This document shows, in pieces, positions 1-10,077 of a DNA stretch of 64,000 nucleotides (position 1 is the stretch's first letter; every line of letters begins with the position of its first letter). A program made the translations under genes and the position numbers. The stretch covers positions 205,237 through 269,236 of the forward strand of contig JAXESU010000004.1 of assembly GCA_034115825.1 (NCBI GenBank), in the 5' to 3' direction. The DNA is from Bacilli bacterium. GTDB taxonomy: Bacteria > Bacillota_I > Bacilli_A > RFN20 > UBA1709. The notes beneath the pieces are model-generated. The model did not search any database and was not told the DNA's origin. It saw only the letters and a program-made list of their open reading frames with translations.

Positions 1-1608
1 TAGAACAGCATCTAAATTAATATCTAAACCGCTTGCAAGTTCACCGACAGCAACGCTTACTCCACCGGCACCAAAGTCATTACAACGAATGATACGTTTA
101 CTAACTTCTTCATTCCTAAATAAACGTTGAATTTTTCTTTCTTCAACCGCATTACCTTTTTGAACTTCGGCACCAGCTGTTAAAGTTGTTTTTAATTCGT
201 GTGATTTAGATGAACCAGTTGCGCCACCAATACCATCGCGACCAGTTCTTCCTCCAATTAATAAAACAATATCACCATCTTTAGGTGTTAAACGTTTAAC
301 TTGTTCTTTTTTAGCAGCAGCAACTACTGCCCCTACTTCCATTCTTTTAGCAACATAGCCATCATCATATATTTCATGAACATAACCGGTAGTTAAGCCA
401 ATTTGATTACCATATGAAGAAAAACCATGAGCTGCTTCTAAACAAATTTTACGTTGTGGAAGTTTACCTTTTATTGTATCCTCCATTTTTTGTAAAGGAT
501 TACCTGCACCAGTAATTCTCATTGATTGATAAACATAACTTCTACCACTTAATGGATCACGGATTGCTCCACCTAAACAAGTAGCAGCACCACCAAATGG
601 TTCAATTTCTGTTGGGTGGTTATGTGTTTCATTTTTAAACATTAATAACCAATCTTCTTCACCTTCATTAGTGTTTACTTTAATTTCAATTGAACAAGCA
701 TTGATTTCTTCACTTACTTCAAGGTCATCTAAATATCCTTGTTTACGTAATTCTTTCATTGAAATTGTTGCTAAATCCATTAAAGTTAATGGTCTAGTAG
801 TATTCATTCCATAAACATAATGACGTGAGGCTTTATATTTTTCAATATCGCTTCGTAAAATGCTAGCAAATTCACCATCATCGACTTTAATATCTTTTAA
901 AATAGTAGAAAAAGTTGTATGACGACAATGATCTGACCAATATGTATCTAAAACTTTAATTTCAGTTTCAGTTGGATCACGTTTTTCTTCATTTTTAAAA
1001 TAATCTTGGGTTAACTTTAAATCATCAAGATTCATTGCTAAACCATAGTGTTTGATTAAATCATTTAATTGTTGTTCATCTAAAGAAATAAAACCTTCTA
1101 AAGTAGGAATTTTTTCGATTGTTGGATGTTCATCTTGTAATGTTTCTACTTTATCTAAACTTGCAAGACGTTGGTCAACAGGATTAATTAAATATTGTTG
1201 AACTTTACTAACTTCTTCGCTTGTTAAGTTTCCTTCTAAAACATAAACTTTAGCACATTTAACTTTTGCTTTATTATCATTAGTTAAAATCATAAAGCAT
1301 TGTTCACAAGCATCGGCTCTTTGATCATATTGACCTGGTAAATATTCAATAGCAAAAACATAACTATTTTCACTATAAATAAAATCTTCTAAGTAAACTT
1401 CATCAACCATTGGTTCACTTAAAATTGTTTGAATACCTTTTAATAAAGTTTCTTTATTAACGTTTTCAACATCATAGCGATTTAATAAACGAACATTGAC
1501 TAAATTAGTCAATTTTAATTGTGATTTTAAGTTTTCTAATACTTCTTTTGCTTCAACAGCAAAATCAAGACGTTTTTCTACGAATACACGATAAACTTTA
1601 CTCATCAT
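1..1608 (-). CDS. purL: Phosphoribosylformylglycinamidine (FGAM) synthase, single-chain clostridial-type PurL; N-terminal part only, gene continues past the window start
   Basis: Manual minus-strand translation from ATG at 1608 (RBS AGGGAGA) gives MMSKVYRVFVEKRLDF..., then ...ETHNHPTEIEPFGGAATCLGGAIRDPLSGR..., the conserved FGAM-synthase PurL motif. No in-frame stop to position 1. It lies in an operon with purD/H/N/M/E. Confidence 0.8.
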   Translation of the reverse strand, partial: MMSKVYRVFVEKRLDFAVEAKEVLENLKSQLKLTNLVNVRLLNRYDVENVNKETLLKGIQTILSEPMVDEVYLEDFIYSENSYVFAIEYLPGQYDQRADACEQCFMILTNDNKAKVKCAKVYVLEGNLTSEEVSKVQQYLINPVDQRLASLDKVETLQDEHPTIEKIPTLEGFISLDEQQLNDLIKHYGLAMNLDDLKLTQDYFKNEEKRDPTETEIKVLDTYWSDHCRHTTFSTILKDIKVDDGEFASILRSDIEKYKASRHYVYGMNTTRPLTLMDLATISMKELRKQGYLDDLEVSEEINACSIEIKVNTNEGEEDWLLMFKNETHNHPTEIEPFGGAATCLGGAIRDPLSGRSYVYQSMRITGAGNPLQKMEDTIKGKLPQRKICLEAAHGFSSYGNQIGLTTGYVHEIYDDGYVAKRMEVGAVVAAAKKEQVKRLTPKDGDIVLLIGGRTGRDGIGGATGSSKSHELKTTLTAGAEVQKGNAVEERKIQRLFRNEEVSKRIIRCNDFGAGGVSVAVGELASGLDINLDAVL

Positions 1609-1618
1609 TATTTTCTCC

Positions 1619-2869
1619 CTAAACTAATCCAATATCTTTTCGACAATATTTTCCTTTAAAATCAATTATATTACTTGCTTGATAAACTTTTTCTCTTATT
1701 TCATTAAGTGAATCACCTAAACAGCAAATATTTAAAACACGTCCACCATTAGTAACAATTTTACCATTTTCTTCTTTTGTACCAGCGTGGAAAATAATAA
1801 TATCATTACTAACATTATCTAACCCCTTAATTTTAAATCCTTTTTGATATGATGAAGGATAGCCTTCACTAGCTAGAACAAGACAGATAGCATGTTTATT
1901 TGACCATTTTAAATCAACTTCATTTAATTTTTTTAATGAAGTTTTCATCATAACATCAAATAAATCATTTTCAAGTCTTAATAAAATTACTTGGGTTTCT
2001 GGATCACCAAAACGAACATTAAATTCTAAAACCTTAGGTTCATCTTTATCAATCATTAAGCCAATAAATAAAACTCCGCGGAAGTCCATTTTACTAACTT
2101 TAAAAGCATTAACAACTGGTTTTAAAATCTTTTCTTCAATAATTTGATCCATATTTTGCATAAATGGATTTGGTGAAACAGTTCCCATACCACCAGTATT
2201 AGGGCCTTTATTTCCATCATAAATTTGTTTATGGTCTTTTGCATAAACCATTGGCTTAATTGTTTCGCCATCTAAAAAACATAATAAAGAACATTCATAT
2301 CCTTGTAAAAACTCTTCAATGACAACAACATCTCCGGCATCACTTAATGTTTTATCAATCATCATTTCTTTTAAAGTTTGTTTAGCTTCAATTTCATTAT
2401 TTACGATGACAACACCTTTACCAGCAGCAAGGCCACTTGCTTTAATAACTAATGGATAACTAAATTCTTTTAATGCTTTTAAAGCTTCATCAATACTATG
2501 ACATTCAACACTTTTTGCCGTTGGAATGTTATATTGTTTCATAAATTTTTTTGAAAATGCTTTACTACCTTCTAAAGTAGCTGCTTCTTTTTTTGGGCCA
2601 AAAACTAAAATACCATGATCTTCTAAAAGATCGGCAAGTCCAAGACATAAAGGTACTTCAGGACCGATGACAACATAATCAATTTTATTTTCTTTACAAC
2701 AAGCTAAAATACCCTCTAAATCAGTAACACTTATATTATGACACTTACCTAATTTTTTCATTCCGGGATTTCCTGGAAGAAAATGTAATTCACTAACTTT
2801 ACTACTTTTACTTAATTTATAGGCGATAGCGTGCTCTCTACCACCACTACCAATAACTAATACTCTCAT
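1619..2869 (-). CDS. purD: Phosphoribosylamine-glycine ligase
   Basis: 416 aa. MRVLVIGSGGREHA N-terminus and ATP-grasp motifs. Position in the pur operon. Confidence 0.9.
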   Translation of the reverse strand: MRVLVIGSGGREHAIAYKLSKSSKVSELHFLPGNPGMKKLGKCHNISVTDLEGILACCKENKIDYVVIGPEVPLCLGLADLLEDHGILVFGPKKEAATLEGSKAFSKKFMKQYNIPTAKSVECHSIDEALKALKEFSYPLVIKASGLAAGKGVVIVNNEIEAKQTLKEMMIDKTLSDAGDVVVIEEFLQGYECSLLCFLDGETIKPMVYAKDHKQIYDGNKGPNTGGMGTVSPNPFMQNMDQIIEEKILKPVVNAFKVSKMDFRGVLFIGLMIDKDEPKVLEFNVRFGDPETQVILLRLENDLFDVMMKTSLKKLNEVDLKWSNKHAICLVLASEGYPSSYQKGFKIKGLDNVSNDIIIFHAGTKEENGKIVTNGGRVLNICCLGDSLNEIREKVYQASNIIDFKGKYCRKDIGLV

Positions 2870-2880
2870 AATTTTACACC

Positions 2881-4404
2881 TTAGTGTCTAAAATGACGAT
2901 ATCCAGTAAAGACCATTGGAATATTATATTCATTGCATAAATCAATTGAATCTTGATCACGAACACTGCCACCTGGTTGCGCAATACAAGTAATACCGGC
3001 ATCAATAGCAACTTTTACACAGTCATTAAATGGGAAGAAAGCATCACTTGCTAAAACAGCTCCTTTAAAATCTTTGTCCTTATTGTTATGAATAGCATTT
3101 TCTAAAGCCCAAACTCGACTTGTTTGACCTCCACCAATTGCTAAAGTAACACCATTTTTAACGATACAAATAGCGTTTGATTTAACATATTTAACAACAC
3201 GCATGCCAAATTCAATATCACTTAATTGTTCTTTTGTTGGTAAAGCGTTTGTTACAACTTTCATTTCATCAATTAATTTAGTATTTAAATCTTGAACTAA
3301 AACACGACCTTCTAAATACTTAATATCGTATTTTGATTCTCTAACATGTAAGTTCTTTAATTTTAAAACACGTAAATTTTTCTTGGTTTTTAAGACTTCT
3401 AAAGCATCATCATCAAAATCAGGAGCAGCAACAATTTCTAAGAAAATTTCATGCATTTTTAAAGCAGTCTTTTTATCGACTTTATAGTTACAAGCTACAA
3501 TACCTCCAAAAATTGATTGAGGGTCTGCCTCATATGCCTTTAAATATGATTCATATCCACTATTTCCAATAGCAACACCACATGGAGTTGAATGCTTAAT
3601 GGCTGCCGTAACGATTTGATCATCAAATTCACGAACACAAGCAATGGCACCATATAAATCATTAACATTGTTAAATGAAATTTCTTTACCATTTAGTTGT
3701 TCATAATCTAATAATGAATTAACAACAAAAGTATCTTCATATTTATTTGCACTTTGTTGAGAGTTTTCACCATATCGTAAATGTTCCGTTTTCTTTAAAG
3801 AAATATTTAAAATATCTGGATGATCATCGCCTACTTGTTTAGCAAAATAACGCGAAATAGTTGCATCATAACTACCTGTAAGAGCAAATGCTTTATACGC
3901 TAAATTCATACGATAATTAAAATCGTCCAAATTATTTTTAATAGCATTTAAAACACTTTCATAGTCTTTAGTGTCAGTAACAATTAAAACATCTTTAAAG
4001 TTTTTAGCAGCACTTCTAATCATTGAAGGACCACCAATATCAATATTTTCAATCATATCTTCTAAAGGTTTATTGTTTCTTAATGCTTTTTCAAATTCAT
4101 AAAGGTTAACACAGACTAAATCAATTGGTTTAATTCCATATTTTTTAACTGTTTCTTGATGTGACTCTAAATCTCTTCTAAATAATAAACCTCCATGAAC
4201 CATCGGATGAAGTGTTTTAACTCGACCATCTAACATTTCAGGAAAGTTAGTTACTTCATCAATTGCGATAACATCAATACCATTTTCTTTTAAAACATTC
4301 ATTGTTCCACCAGTTGAAACAATTTCAAAACCTAATTCGACTAAACCTTGACAAAATTCAACAATACCTTCTTTATTTGTTACACTAACTAATGCTCTTT
4401 TCAT
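2881..4404 (-). CDS. purH: Bifunctional AICAR formyltransferase / IMP cyclohydrolase
   Basis: 507 aa. MGS-like N-terminal domain (SVTNKEGIVEF...STGGT) followed by an AICARFT domain. Confidence 0.9.
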   Translation of the reverse strand: MKRALVSVTNKEGIVEFCQGLVELGFEIVSTGGTMNVLKENGIDVIAIDEVTNFPEMLDGRVKTLHPMVHGGLLFRRDLESHQETVKKYGIKPIDLVCVNLYEFEKALRNNKPLEDMIENIDIGGPSMIRSAAKNFKDVLIVTDTKDYESVLNAIKNNLDDFNYRMNLAYKAFALTGSYDATISRYFAKQVGDDHPDILNISLKKTEHLRYGENSQQSANKYEDTFVVNSLLDYEQLNGKEISFNNVNDLYGAIACVREFDDQIVTAAIKHSTPCGVAIGNSGYESYLKAYEADPQSIFGGIVACNYKVDKKTALKMHEIFLEIVAAPDFDDDALEVLKTKKNLRVLKLKNLHVRESKYDIKYLEGRVLVQDLNTKLIDEMKVVTNALPTKEQLSDIEFGMRVVKYVKSNAICIVKNGVTLAIGGGQTSRVWALENAIHNNKDKDFKGAVLASDAFFPFNDCVKVAIDAGITCIAQPGGSVRDQDSIDLCNEYNIPMVFTGYRHFRH

Positions 4405-4997
4405 AATACTTTAACCCTTTCATTTTCAATAATTAATTTATTTTCACAATATAATTTAACGGCTTTAGGCAAAATTTGATGTTCAATATTTTTTAAAATT
4501 AACTCTTGAATTTCTTCTTTACTATTACAAGAAGAAATATCAATTGCTTCTTGTAAAATTATTGGACCACCATCAACATCTTTATTCACGAAGTGAACAG
4601 TTGCTCCACTTACTTTAACTCCTCTTTTAAAAACAGCCTCATGAACATGTAATCCATAATATCCTGGACCTGAGAATGAAGGAATAAGCGAAGGATGAAT
4701 ATTGATTATCTTATTTGGATATAAATCAATTAAACGAGGAGAAATAATTGATAAATAACCAGCTAAAACAATTAAATCAATTTTTTCATCATGTAATAAA
4801 GAAATAATTTCATCTTCATCTTTGCTAAAAATCGCTTTAATGTTTTCTTTTTTAGCTCTTTCTAAACCATATGCACTTTTTTTCGATGAAATAACTAATT
4901 TAATATTAGCATTACTTATATAGTTAGATTTAATGGCATCGATTAATGATTGTAAGTTTGTTCCGCCACCAGAAATAAAAACTGCAATATTAATCAT
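4401..4997 (-). CDS. purN: Phosphoribosylglycinamide formyltransferase
   Basis: 198 aa. [14 protein letters not shown]-terminus and the HPSLIP motif typical of GAR transformylase. Overlaps purH and purM by 4 and 8 nt. Confidence 0.85.
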   Translation of the reverse strand: MINIAVFISGGGTNLQSLIDAIKSNYISNANIKLVISSKKSAYGLERAKKENIKAIFSKDEDEIISLLHDEKIDLIVLAGYLSIISPRLIDLYPNKIINIHPSLIPSFSGPGYYGLHVHEAVFKRGVKVSGATVHFVNKDVDGGPIILQEAIDISSCNSKEEIQELILKNIEHQILPKAVKLYCENKLIIENERVKVL

Positions 4998-6021
4998 TTA
5001 AAATAACTTCCTTACTATCTGTTACTTTACCAATAACATAAGCATCTTCATTAATTTCTTTCAATAAATCTAAAACTTTATTAACATCATCTTTTTTAAC
5101 TGCTAACATAAAACCAATTCCCATATTAAAAACGTTATACATTTCTTTAAGAGGAATTTGACCTTTTTCCATAATTAAGTCGAAAATTTTAGGACGTGGG
5201 AAAGAATTAATATTAATTTCAACCCCTTGATTTTCTTTTAACATACGTGGAACATTTTCAAAGAATCCTCCACCAGTAATATGGCACATGCCTTTAATAT
5301 CAACTTCATTTTTTAATAAATGTTTAATTGCTTTAACATAAATTTTTGTTGGAGTTAGTAGCTCTTCTCCTAATGTTTTTCCAAATTGTTCATAATATTC
5401 ATTTAAGTCTAAATTATTATCTTTAATTAAAACTTTTCGGACTAAAGAAAAACCATTTGAGTGACATCCACTTGAAGGAAGACCAATTAAAATATCGTCT
5501 TTTTCAATTTTTTGACCATCTAATAATTTTTCTTTATCAACGGCACCAACACAAAATCCAGCGATGTCATAATGATCTTTATTGTACATGTCTGGCATTT
5601 CAGCCGTTTCACCACCGATAAGAGCACATTCACTTAAAACACAGCCATCAGCGACACCTTTAACTAATTGCTCTATTTTTTTAGGATAGTTTTTACCAAC
5701 AGCTAAGTAATCTAAAAAGAAAATCGGCATAGCTCCTTGAACTAAGACGTCATTGACGCACATTGCGACAGCGTCGATACCAATCGTATCATGCTTATCC
5801 ATTAAAAAGGCAATCATAAGTTTAGTACCTACACCATCAGTTCCCGAAACTAATACCGGTTCTTTCATCTTTAATAGTGATAAATCAAACATTCCTCCGA
5901 ATGCACCTATTGAATCAATCGCACCTAAAACTTTTGTGCGCGCAACATGTGACTTGATTAATCTTACGGATTCATAGCCCGCTTCTAAATCAACACCAGA
6001 TTCACGATATTTATTTGACAT
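4990..6021 (-). CDS. purM: Phosphoribosylformylglycinamidine cyclo-ligase (AIR synthetase)
   Basis: 343 aa. SGVDLEAGY... and [10 protein letters not shown] motifs of PurM. Confidence 0.9.
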   Translation of the reverse strand: MSNKYRESGVDLEAGYESVRLIKSHVARTKVLGAIDSIGAFGGMFDLSLLKMKEPVLVSGTDGVGTKLMIAFLMDKHDTIGIDAVAMCVNDVLVQGAMPIFFLDYLAVGKNYPKKIEQLVKGVADGCVLSECALIGGETAEMPDMYNKDHYDIAGFCVGAVDKEKLLDGQKIEKDDILIGLPSSGCHSNGFSLVRKVLIKDNNLDLNEYYEQFGKTLGEELLTPTKIYVKAIKHLLKNEVDIKGMCHITGGGFFENVPRMLKENQGVEININSFPRPKIFDLIMEKGQIPLKEMYNVFNMGIGFMLAVKKDDVNKVLDLLKEINEDAYVIGKVTDSKEVILND

Positions 6022-6036
6022 ATTTAATCCTCCCTT

Positions 6037-6525
6037 TTAATATTTACTAGCTAATTCGATATTAGCTTTTAAAGCTTGTTCATGCATTTTTTGTCTTTCA
6101 TCTAAAAGTAATTGTTTTAAATCATCATGCTTAATAGCCATAATTTCTAAAGCTAACCAAGCAGCATTTTTACTACCATCAATTGCAACTGTGGCAACAG
6201 GAATTCCAGATGGCATTTGCACAATTGATAATAAAGCATCAATACCATCTAAATACTTACTAACAAGTGGAACACCAATAACTGGTAAAATTGTTTTTGA
6301 AGCAACTACGCCTGGTAATGCAGCTGCCATACCAGCACAAGCAATAATAACTTCTGTTCCATCATTATTTAATTCGTTTACATACTCGCTTAATTCTAAA
6401 GCACAACGATGAGCTGATAAACATTTAAAATCAACTGTTACATTAAAATCTTTTAATAATTTAACAGCTGGTTCAACTTTACTTAAATCGCTCATTGATC
6501 CCATAATTACGGCTACTTTTTTCAT
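6037..6525 (-). CDS. purE: N5-CAIR mutase / PurE catalytic subunit
   Basis: Start moved to the internal MKKVAVIMGSMSDL (ATG at 6525), which is preceded by RBS GGAGGTAT. The track's upstream extension to 6579 runs into the riboswitch terminator. PurE fold motifs (AGMAAALPGVVA) are present. Confidence 0.85.
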   Translation of the reverse strand: MKKVAVIMGSMSDLSKVEPAVKLLKDFNVTVDFKCLSAHRCALELSEYVNELNNDGTEVIIACAGMAAALPGVVASKTILPVIGVPLVSKYLDGIDALLSIVQMPSGIPVATVAIDGSKNAAWLALEIMAIKHDDLKQLLLDERQKMHEQALKANIELASKY

Positions 6526-6544
6526 AAAATACCTCCAAAAAATA

Positions 6545-6590
6545 CTTAAAAAACAAAAAAAGAGGGACAAACCGGGCATACATTTAGCCC
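6545..6590 (-). terminator. Intrinsic terminator forming the expression platform of the ZTP riboswitch
   Basis: Minus-strand RNA CUGGGCUAAAUGUAUGCCCGG: a 6-bp stem with a 9-nt loop, followed by a U-rich run (UUUGUCCCUCUUUUUUUGUUUUUU). Its 5' arm overlaps the 3' pseudoknot strand CCGUCUGGGC. Confidence 0.4.
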
Positions 6591-6660
6591 AGACGGTCGA
6601 CTCTACTAATATAGTTATACTCCCATGTGGTAAACCCCACGTTCCGTCAGTTATATAACT
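6586..6660 (-). promoter_or_regulatory. ZTP (ZMP/AICAR-sensing, pfl motif) riboswitch in the leader of purEMNHD-L
   Basis: Minus-strand RNA AGUUAUAUAACUGACGGAACGUGGGGUUUACCACAUGGGAGUAUAACU...CCGUCUGGGCU. P1 is AGUUAUA/UAUAACU. ACUGACGGAAC matches the consensus ACUGGCGnAnC. P2 is GUGG-loop-CCAC. GGGAG follows. A downstream CCGUC could pair with GACGG as the pseudoknot (consensus CCGCCUGGGCA). Confidence 0.6.
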
Positions 6661-6666
6661 AATTTC

Positions 6667-6694
6667 ATTATAACAAAGAAAAAAATTTTTTCAA
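6667..6694 (-). promoter_or_regulatory. Sigma-A type promoter of the pur operon
   Basis: On the minus strand, TTGAAA (-35), a 16-nt spacer and TATAAT (-10). It sits about 7 nt upstream of the riboswitch P1. Confidence 0.4.
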
Positions 6695-6793
6695 TTTAAT
6701 TATTTATAATTACCGAAATATACAATAAATTACTCTATTGTCGTAAAAAAATATTTATGATAGTATTTTATTGGATTTAATGGAGGCCCAAAA

Positions 6794-7477
6794 ATGGAAA
6801 AGATTTATACAGGTAAGACAAAGGATGTTTATAGTTTAGAAAATGGTAATGTTTTATTAAAGTTTAAAGATGACTGTACTGGTAAAGATGGAGTTTTTGA
6901 TCCAGGAGAAAATACCGTTGGTTTAACAATTGAAGGTATTGGTAAAGAAAATTTAAAAACTTCAGTTTACTATTTTGAACTATTAAAAAAACATGGTATT
7001 AAAACTCACTATGTTAGTGCTGATGTTAAAAATGGTACAATGGAAGTTTTAAAAGGTAAAGTTTTTGGTCATGGTCTAGAAGTTATTTGTCGTCTAGTTG
7101 CTACTGGTAGTTTCATTCGTCGATATGGTGAATATATTGAAAATGGTACTCGTATCGAAAATGGATACGTTGAATGCACTTTTAAAAACGATGCTAAAGG
7201 TGACCCATTAGTAACAAGTGAAGCTTTAGAAGTTTTAGGTATCATGGATCAAAAATTGTTTAATGAAATGAAAAAACAAACATTAGCAATTACTAAAATT
7301 ATTGCTGATGATTTAAAATCAATTGGTTTAGATTTATGGGATATTAAATATGAATTCGGTTACAATAATGGCGAAATTGTTTTAATCGATGAGATTGCTT
7401 CCGGTAATATGAGAGTTTATAAAGGTAGCACAATTGTTGAACCAATTGAACTAACAAAATTAATTTTAAATCGTTAA
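6794..7477 (+). CDS. purC: SAICAR synthetase
   Basis: 227 aa. [13 protein letters not shown]... Divergent from the pur operon. Confidence 0.9.
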   Translation: MEKIYTGKTKDVYSLENGNVLLKFKDDCTGKDGVFDPGENTVGLTIEGIGKENLKTSVYYFELLKKHGIKTHYVSADVKNGTMEVLKGKVFGHGLEVICRLVATGSFIRRYGEYIENGTRIENGYVECTFKNDAKGDPLVTSEALEVLGIMDQKLFNEMKKQTLAITKIIADDLKSIGLDLWDIKYEFGYNNGEIVLIDEIASGNMRVYKGSTIVEPIELTKLILNR

Positions 7478-7478
7478 G

Positions 7479-7510
7479 GATTAGTTAAACTAATCCTTTT
7501 ATTTTTTTCA
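7479..7510 (+). terminator. Rho-independent terminator after purC
   Basis: AGGATTAGTT-aaac-TAATCCT hairpin followed by a T-run. Confidence 0.5.
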
Positions 7511-7517
7511 AAATTTA

Positions 7518-7569
7518 ATTGACTAATTAATAAATATTGATATAATATGCTTATTGATAATGATTATCA
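7518..7569 (+). promoter_or_regulatory. Promoter (TTGACT, 16-nt spacer, TATAAT) followed by a perfect 7-1-7 Fur box TGATAATGATTATCA at 7555-7569
   Basis: Read directly from the sequence. The box lies between the -10 element and the RBS of the Fur-family gene. Confidence 0.55.
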
Positions 7570-7583
7570 AGAAGGGATGATTT

Positions 7584-7982
7584 ATGGAAAGAAATACTTT
7601 ACAAAAGCAAATAGTTAAAAATGCTTTAAAATCGATGCACAACCACCCTACAGCAACAGAAGTTTATAACTACATTCATAAAGATTATCCTAGTATCTCA
7701 AAAGCAACAGTTTTTCGTATTTTAAATAACTGTTGTACAAATGGAGAATTTATGAAAGTTGATGTTAATGATAAAGAAGCCCATTATGAACTTAAGAATC
7801 CTCCTCATTATCATATGCACTGTCGAATTTGTAATAAGATTTTTGACGCTCCTATCCCCTTTGATGATTCCTTAATTAAAAAAGGATTTGAAAATAGTGA
7901 TTTTTTTGTCGAAGGTCATAGTATCGAATTCTATGGTGTCTGTAAAGAATGTCAAAAAAAGAAGGAGATTAACAATGAGTAA
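7584..7982 (+). CDS. fur: Fur-family metalloregulator (Fur/PerR)
   Basis: 132 aa. TVFRILN DNA-binding helix. [10 protein letters not shown]...C...C metal site. A perfect Fur box lies in its own leader. Confidence 0.8.
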   Translation: MERNTLQKQIVKNALKSMHNHPTATEVYNYIHKDYPSISKATVFRILNNCCTNGEFMKVDVNDKEAHYELKNPPHYHMHCRICNKIFDAPIPFDDSLIKKGFENSDFFVEGHSIEFYGVCKECQKKKEINNE

Positions 7983-10026
7983 ACATTTACCATTAAGTGT
8001 TCGTGTTGCAATTGAAGAAAATAATCCATCGATTGTGAGGCATGAAGATTTATGCATAAAATGTGGTTTATGCAAGGACATTTGTGAGCAAAAAATTGCT
8101 GTTCACAATTGTTATAATTTAAAAGATACAAATGATGAAGCCATTTGTATTAATTGTGGTCAATGTAGTAATGTCTGCCCAACAAATTCAATTACTGAAC
8201 GATATGAATATCATACAGTAAAAGAATTAATTAACAATCCTGATAAAATTGTTATCGTTTCCACTTCACCATCAGTAAGAGTATCTTTAGCTGAAGCATT
8301 TGATATGGAAATCGGTTCATATTTAGAAGGAAAAATGGTTGCACTTCTTCGTAAATTAGGCTTTAAATATGTTTTAAATACAAACTTTGCTGCCGATTTA
8401 ACAATCATGGAAGAAGCAAGCGAGTTAATCAAACGTATTAAAGAAAACAAAAACTTACCTCAATTTACAAGTTGCTGTCCAGCTTGGGTTAAATATGTTG
8501 AAACATTTTATCCAAATTTAATTGATAATTTGTCAACATCAAAAAGTCCAATCGGTATGCAAGGTCCAACAATTAAAACTTACTTTGCTAAAAAAAGAAA
8601 GATCGATCCAAAAAGAATTGTTAATGTTGCTTTAACACCTTGCACTGCAAAAAAGATGGAAATTCGTCGTGAAGAAATGAATGCAAGCGGCAATTATCTA
8701 GGAATCGATGACTTAAGAGATATGGATTATGTTATCACAACAAGAGAACTTATAAAATGGGCTAAAGAAGAAAACATTGATTTTAAAAACTTAAAAGATG
8801 AGCCTTATGATTCACTTATGAGTGATGCATCAGGAGCTGGAATTTTATTTGGAAATTCTGGTGGGGTTATGGAAGCAGCTTTAAGAACAGCTTATCATAT
8901 GCTTACTAATAAGGATCCTCAAGATCTATTATTAAATTTAACTCCAGTTCGTGGAATTGATGGCGTTAAAGAAGGTAGTGTGACAATCGATGGATTAACT
9001 ATCAAGTTTGCCGCTATTTCAACTACTAAAAACGCTAAAGATTTTATTGAACGTATTAACAAAAACCATGAACATTATGACTTTATTGAAGTAATGACTT
9101 GTCCAAATGGTTGTATCGGAGGCGGTGGTCAACCAAAAGAATTACTTAATACAGATTTAGATGTTTTAAAAAAACGTATGCAAGGATTATATGATAAAGA
9201 TCAACAAATTACTTTAAAATCTTCTTATCAAAATCCTGAAATTATTAAACTTTATAAACAATTTTATAAAGAACCACTAAGTGAACTTAGTGAAAAAATA
9301 TTACACACAAAATATATTGATCGAAGCAATGATTTAATTAAAGGGAGAAAAAAGAATATGAAAAAATTTAAATGTACTGTATGTGGATATATCCACGAAG
9401 CTAATGAATTAGATCCAAATTATGTTTGTCCACTTTGCAAAGTAGGCGCAGATAAATTTGTTGAAATCAAGGAAGAAGTAAAAGCAACGACTTCAAAATA
9501 TGCTGGAACAAAAACTGAAAAGAATTTAATGGAAGCTTTTGCCGGTGAATCTCAAGCAAGAAACAAATATAAATATTTTGCTGAACAAGCTTTAAATGAA
9601 GGTTATGAACAAATCGCTGCTATTTTTATGGAAACTAGTGAACAAGAAAGCCAACACGCTAAAATGTGGTTTAGCGAATTCCATGGAATTGGCAATACTG
9701 GTGAAAATTTAAAAACAGCTGCTGAAGGCGAAAACGGCGAATGGACTGATATGTATAAACGTATGGCTAAAGAAGCTCGTGAAGAAGGTTTTGAAGAATT
9801 AGCAGTTAAATTTGAACGTGTTGCAGCAGTTGAAAAAGCTCACGAAGAAAGATATTTAAAATTATTAGAAAGAATTCAAAATGGCGAAGTCTTCAAAGAA
9901 AATGGTGCTACTTTCTGGATGTGTCGTAAATGTGGTCATCTTCACTTCGGTGTTGATGCTCCTGAAGCTTGTCCAACTTGTGGCTTCCCTAAAGCATTCT
10001 TTGAAAGAAGAGCAACTAACTACTAA
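7975..10026 (+). CDS. [FeFe]-hydrogenase fused to a rubredoxin domain and a rubrerythrin (683 aa)
   Basis: Start reassigned to ATG at 7975 (MSKHLPLS...), which has RBS GAAGGAGA and overlaps the fur stop. Two ferredoxin-like CxxCxxCxxxCP motifs. H-cluster motifs [16 protein letters not shown] and [14 protein letters not shown]. Then a rubredoxin (CTVCGY...CPLC). Then a rubrerythrin ferritin-like diiron domain ([31 protein letters not shown]) with a C-terminal Cys4 (CRKCGH...CPTCG). Confidence 0.8.
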   Translation: MSKHLPLSVRVAIEENNPSIVRHEDLCIKCGLCKDICEQKIAVHNCYNLKDTNDEAICINCGQCSNVCPTNSITERYEYHTVKELINNPDKIVIVSTSPSVRVSLAEAFDMEIGSYLEGKMVALLRKLGFKYVLNTNFAADLTIMEEASELIKRIKENKNLPQFTSCCPAWVKYVETFYPNLIDNLSTSKSPIGMQGPTIKTYFAKKRKIDPKRIVNVALTPCTAKKMEIRREEMNASGNYLGIDDLRDMDYVITTRELIKWAKEENIDFKNLKDEPYDSLMSDASGAGILFGNSGGVMEAALRTAYHMLTNKDPQDLLLNLTPVRGIDGVKEGSVTIDGLTIKFAAISTTKNAKDFIERINKNHEHYDFIEVMTCPNGCIGGGGQPKELLNTDLDVLKKRMQGLYDKDQQITLKSSYQNPEIIKLYKQFYKEPLSELSEKILHTKYIDRSNDLIKGRKKNMKKFKCTVCGYIHEANELDPNYVCPLCKVGADKFVEIKEEVKATTSKYAGTKTEKNLMEAFAGESQARNKYKYFAEQALNEGYEQIAAIFMETSEQESQHAKMWFSEFHGIGNTGENLKTAAEGENGEWTDMYKRMAKEAREEGFEELAVKFERVAAVEKAHEERYLKLLERIQNGEVFKENGATFWMCRKCGHLHFGVDAPEACPTCGFPKAFFERRATNY

Positions 10027-10077
10027 AAATGAAAAAGAAGTGATTTTATCGCTTCTTTTTTTATTGTATAATATAAA

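Noticed and set aside
5753-5977. 74-aa plus-strand ORF inside purM
   Set aside because: Fully antisense to a well-supported purM CDS. Low-complexity translation with no RBS context, so a spurious ORF.
6191-6412. 73-aa plus-strand ORF inside purE
   Set aside because: Antisense to purE. Ala/Ile-rich translation mirrors the codon structure of the real gene on the other strand.
6526-6579. N-terminal extension of the purE ORF (MPGLSLFFCFLSIFWRYF...)
   Set aside because: The extension runs through the riboswitch terminator and U-tract. The internal ATG at 6525 has a GGAGG RBS and yields the canonical PurE N-terminus.
6580-6700. Considered a purine (G-box) riboswitch for the pur operon leader
   Set aside because: The conserved J1/2, J2/3 and J3/1 purine-aptamer elements are absent. 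The sequence instead fits the ZTP/pfl consensus including its pseudoknot.
7888-7974. Upstream extension of the hydrogenase ORF ([16 protein letters not shown]...)
   Set aside because: Overlaps the 3' end of the fur gene in another frame. The ATG at 7975 has a strong RBS and begins a sensible N-terminus.
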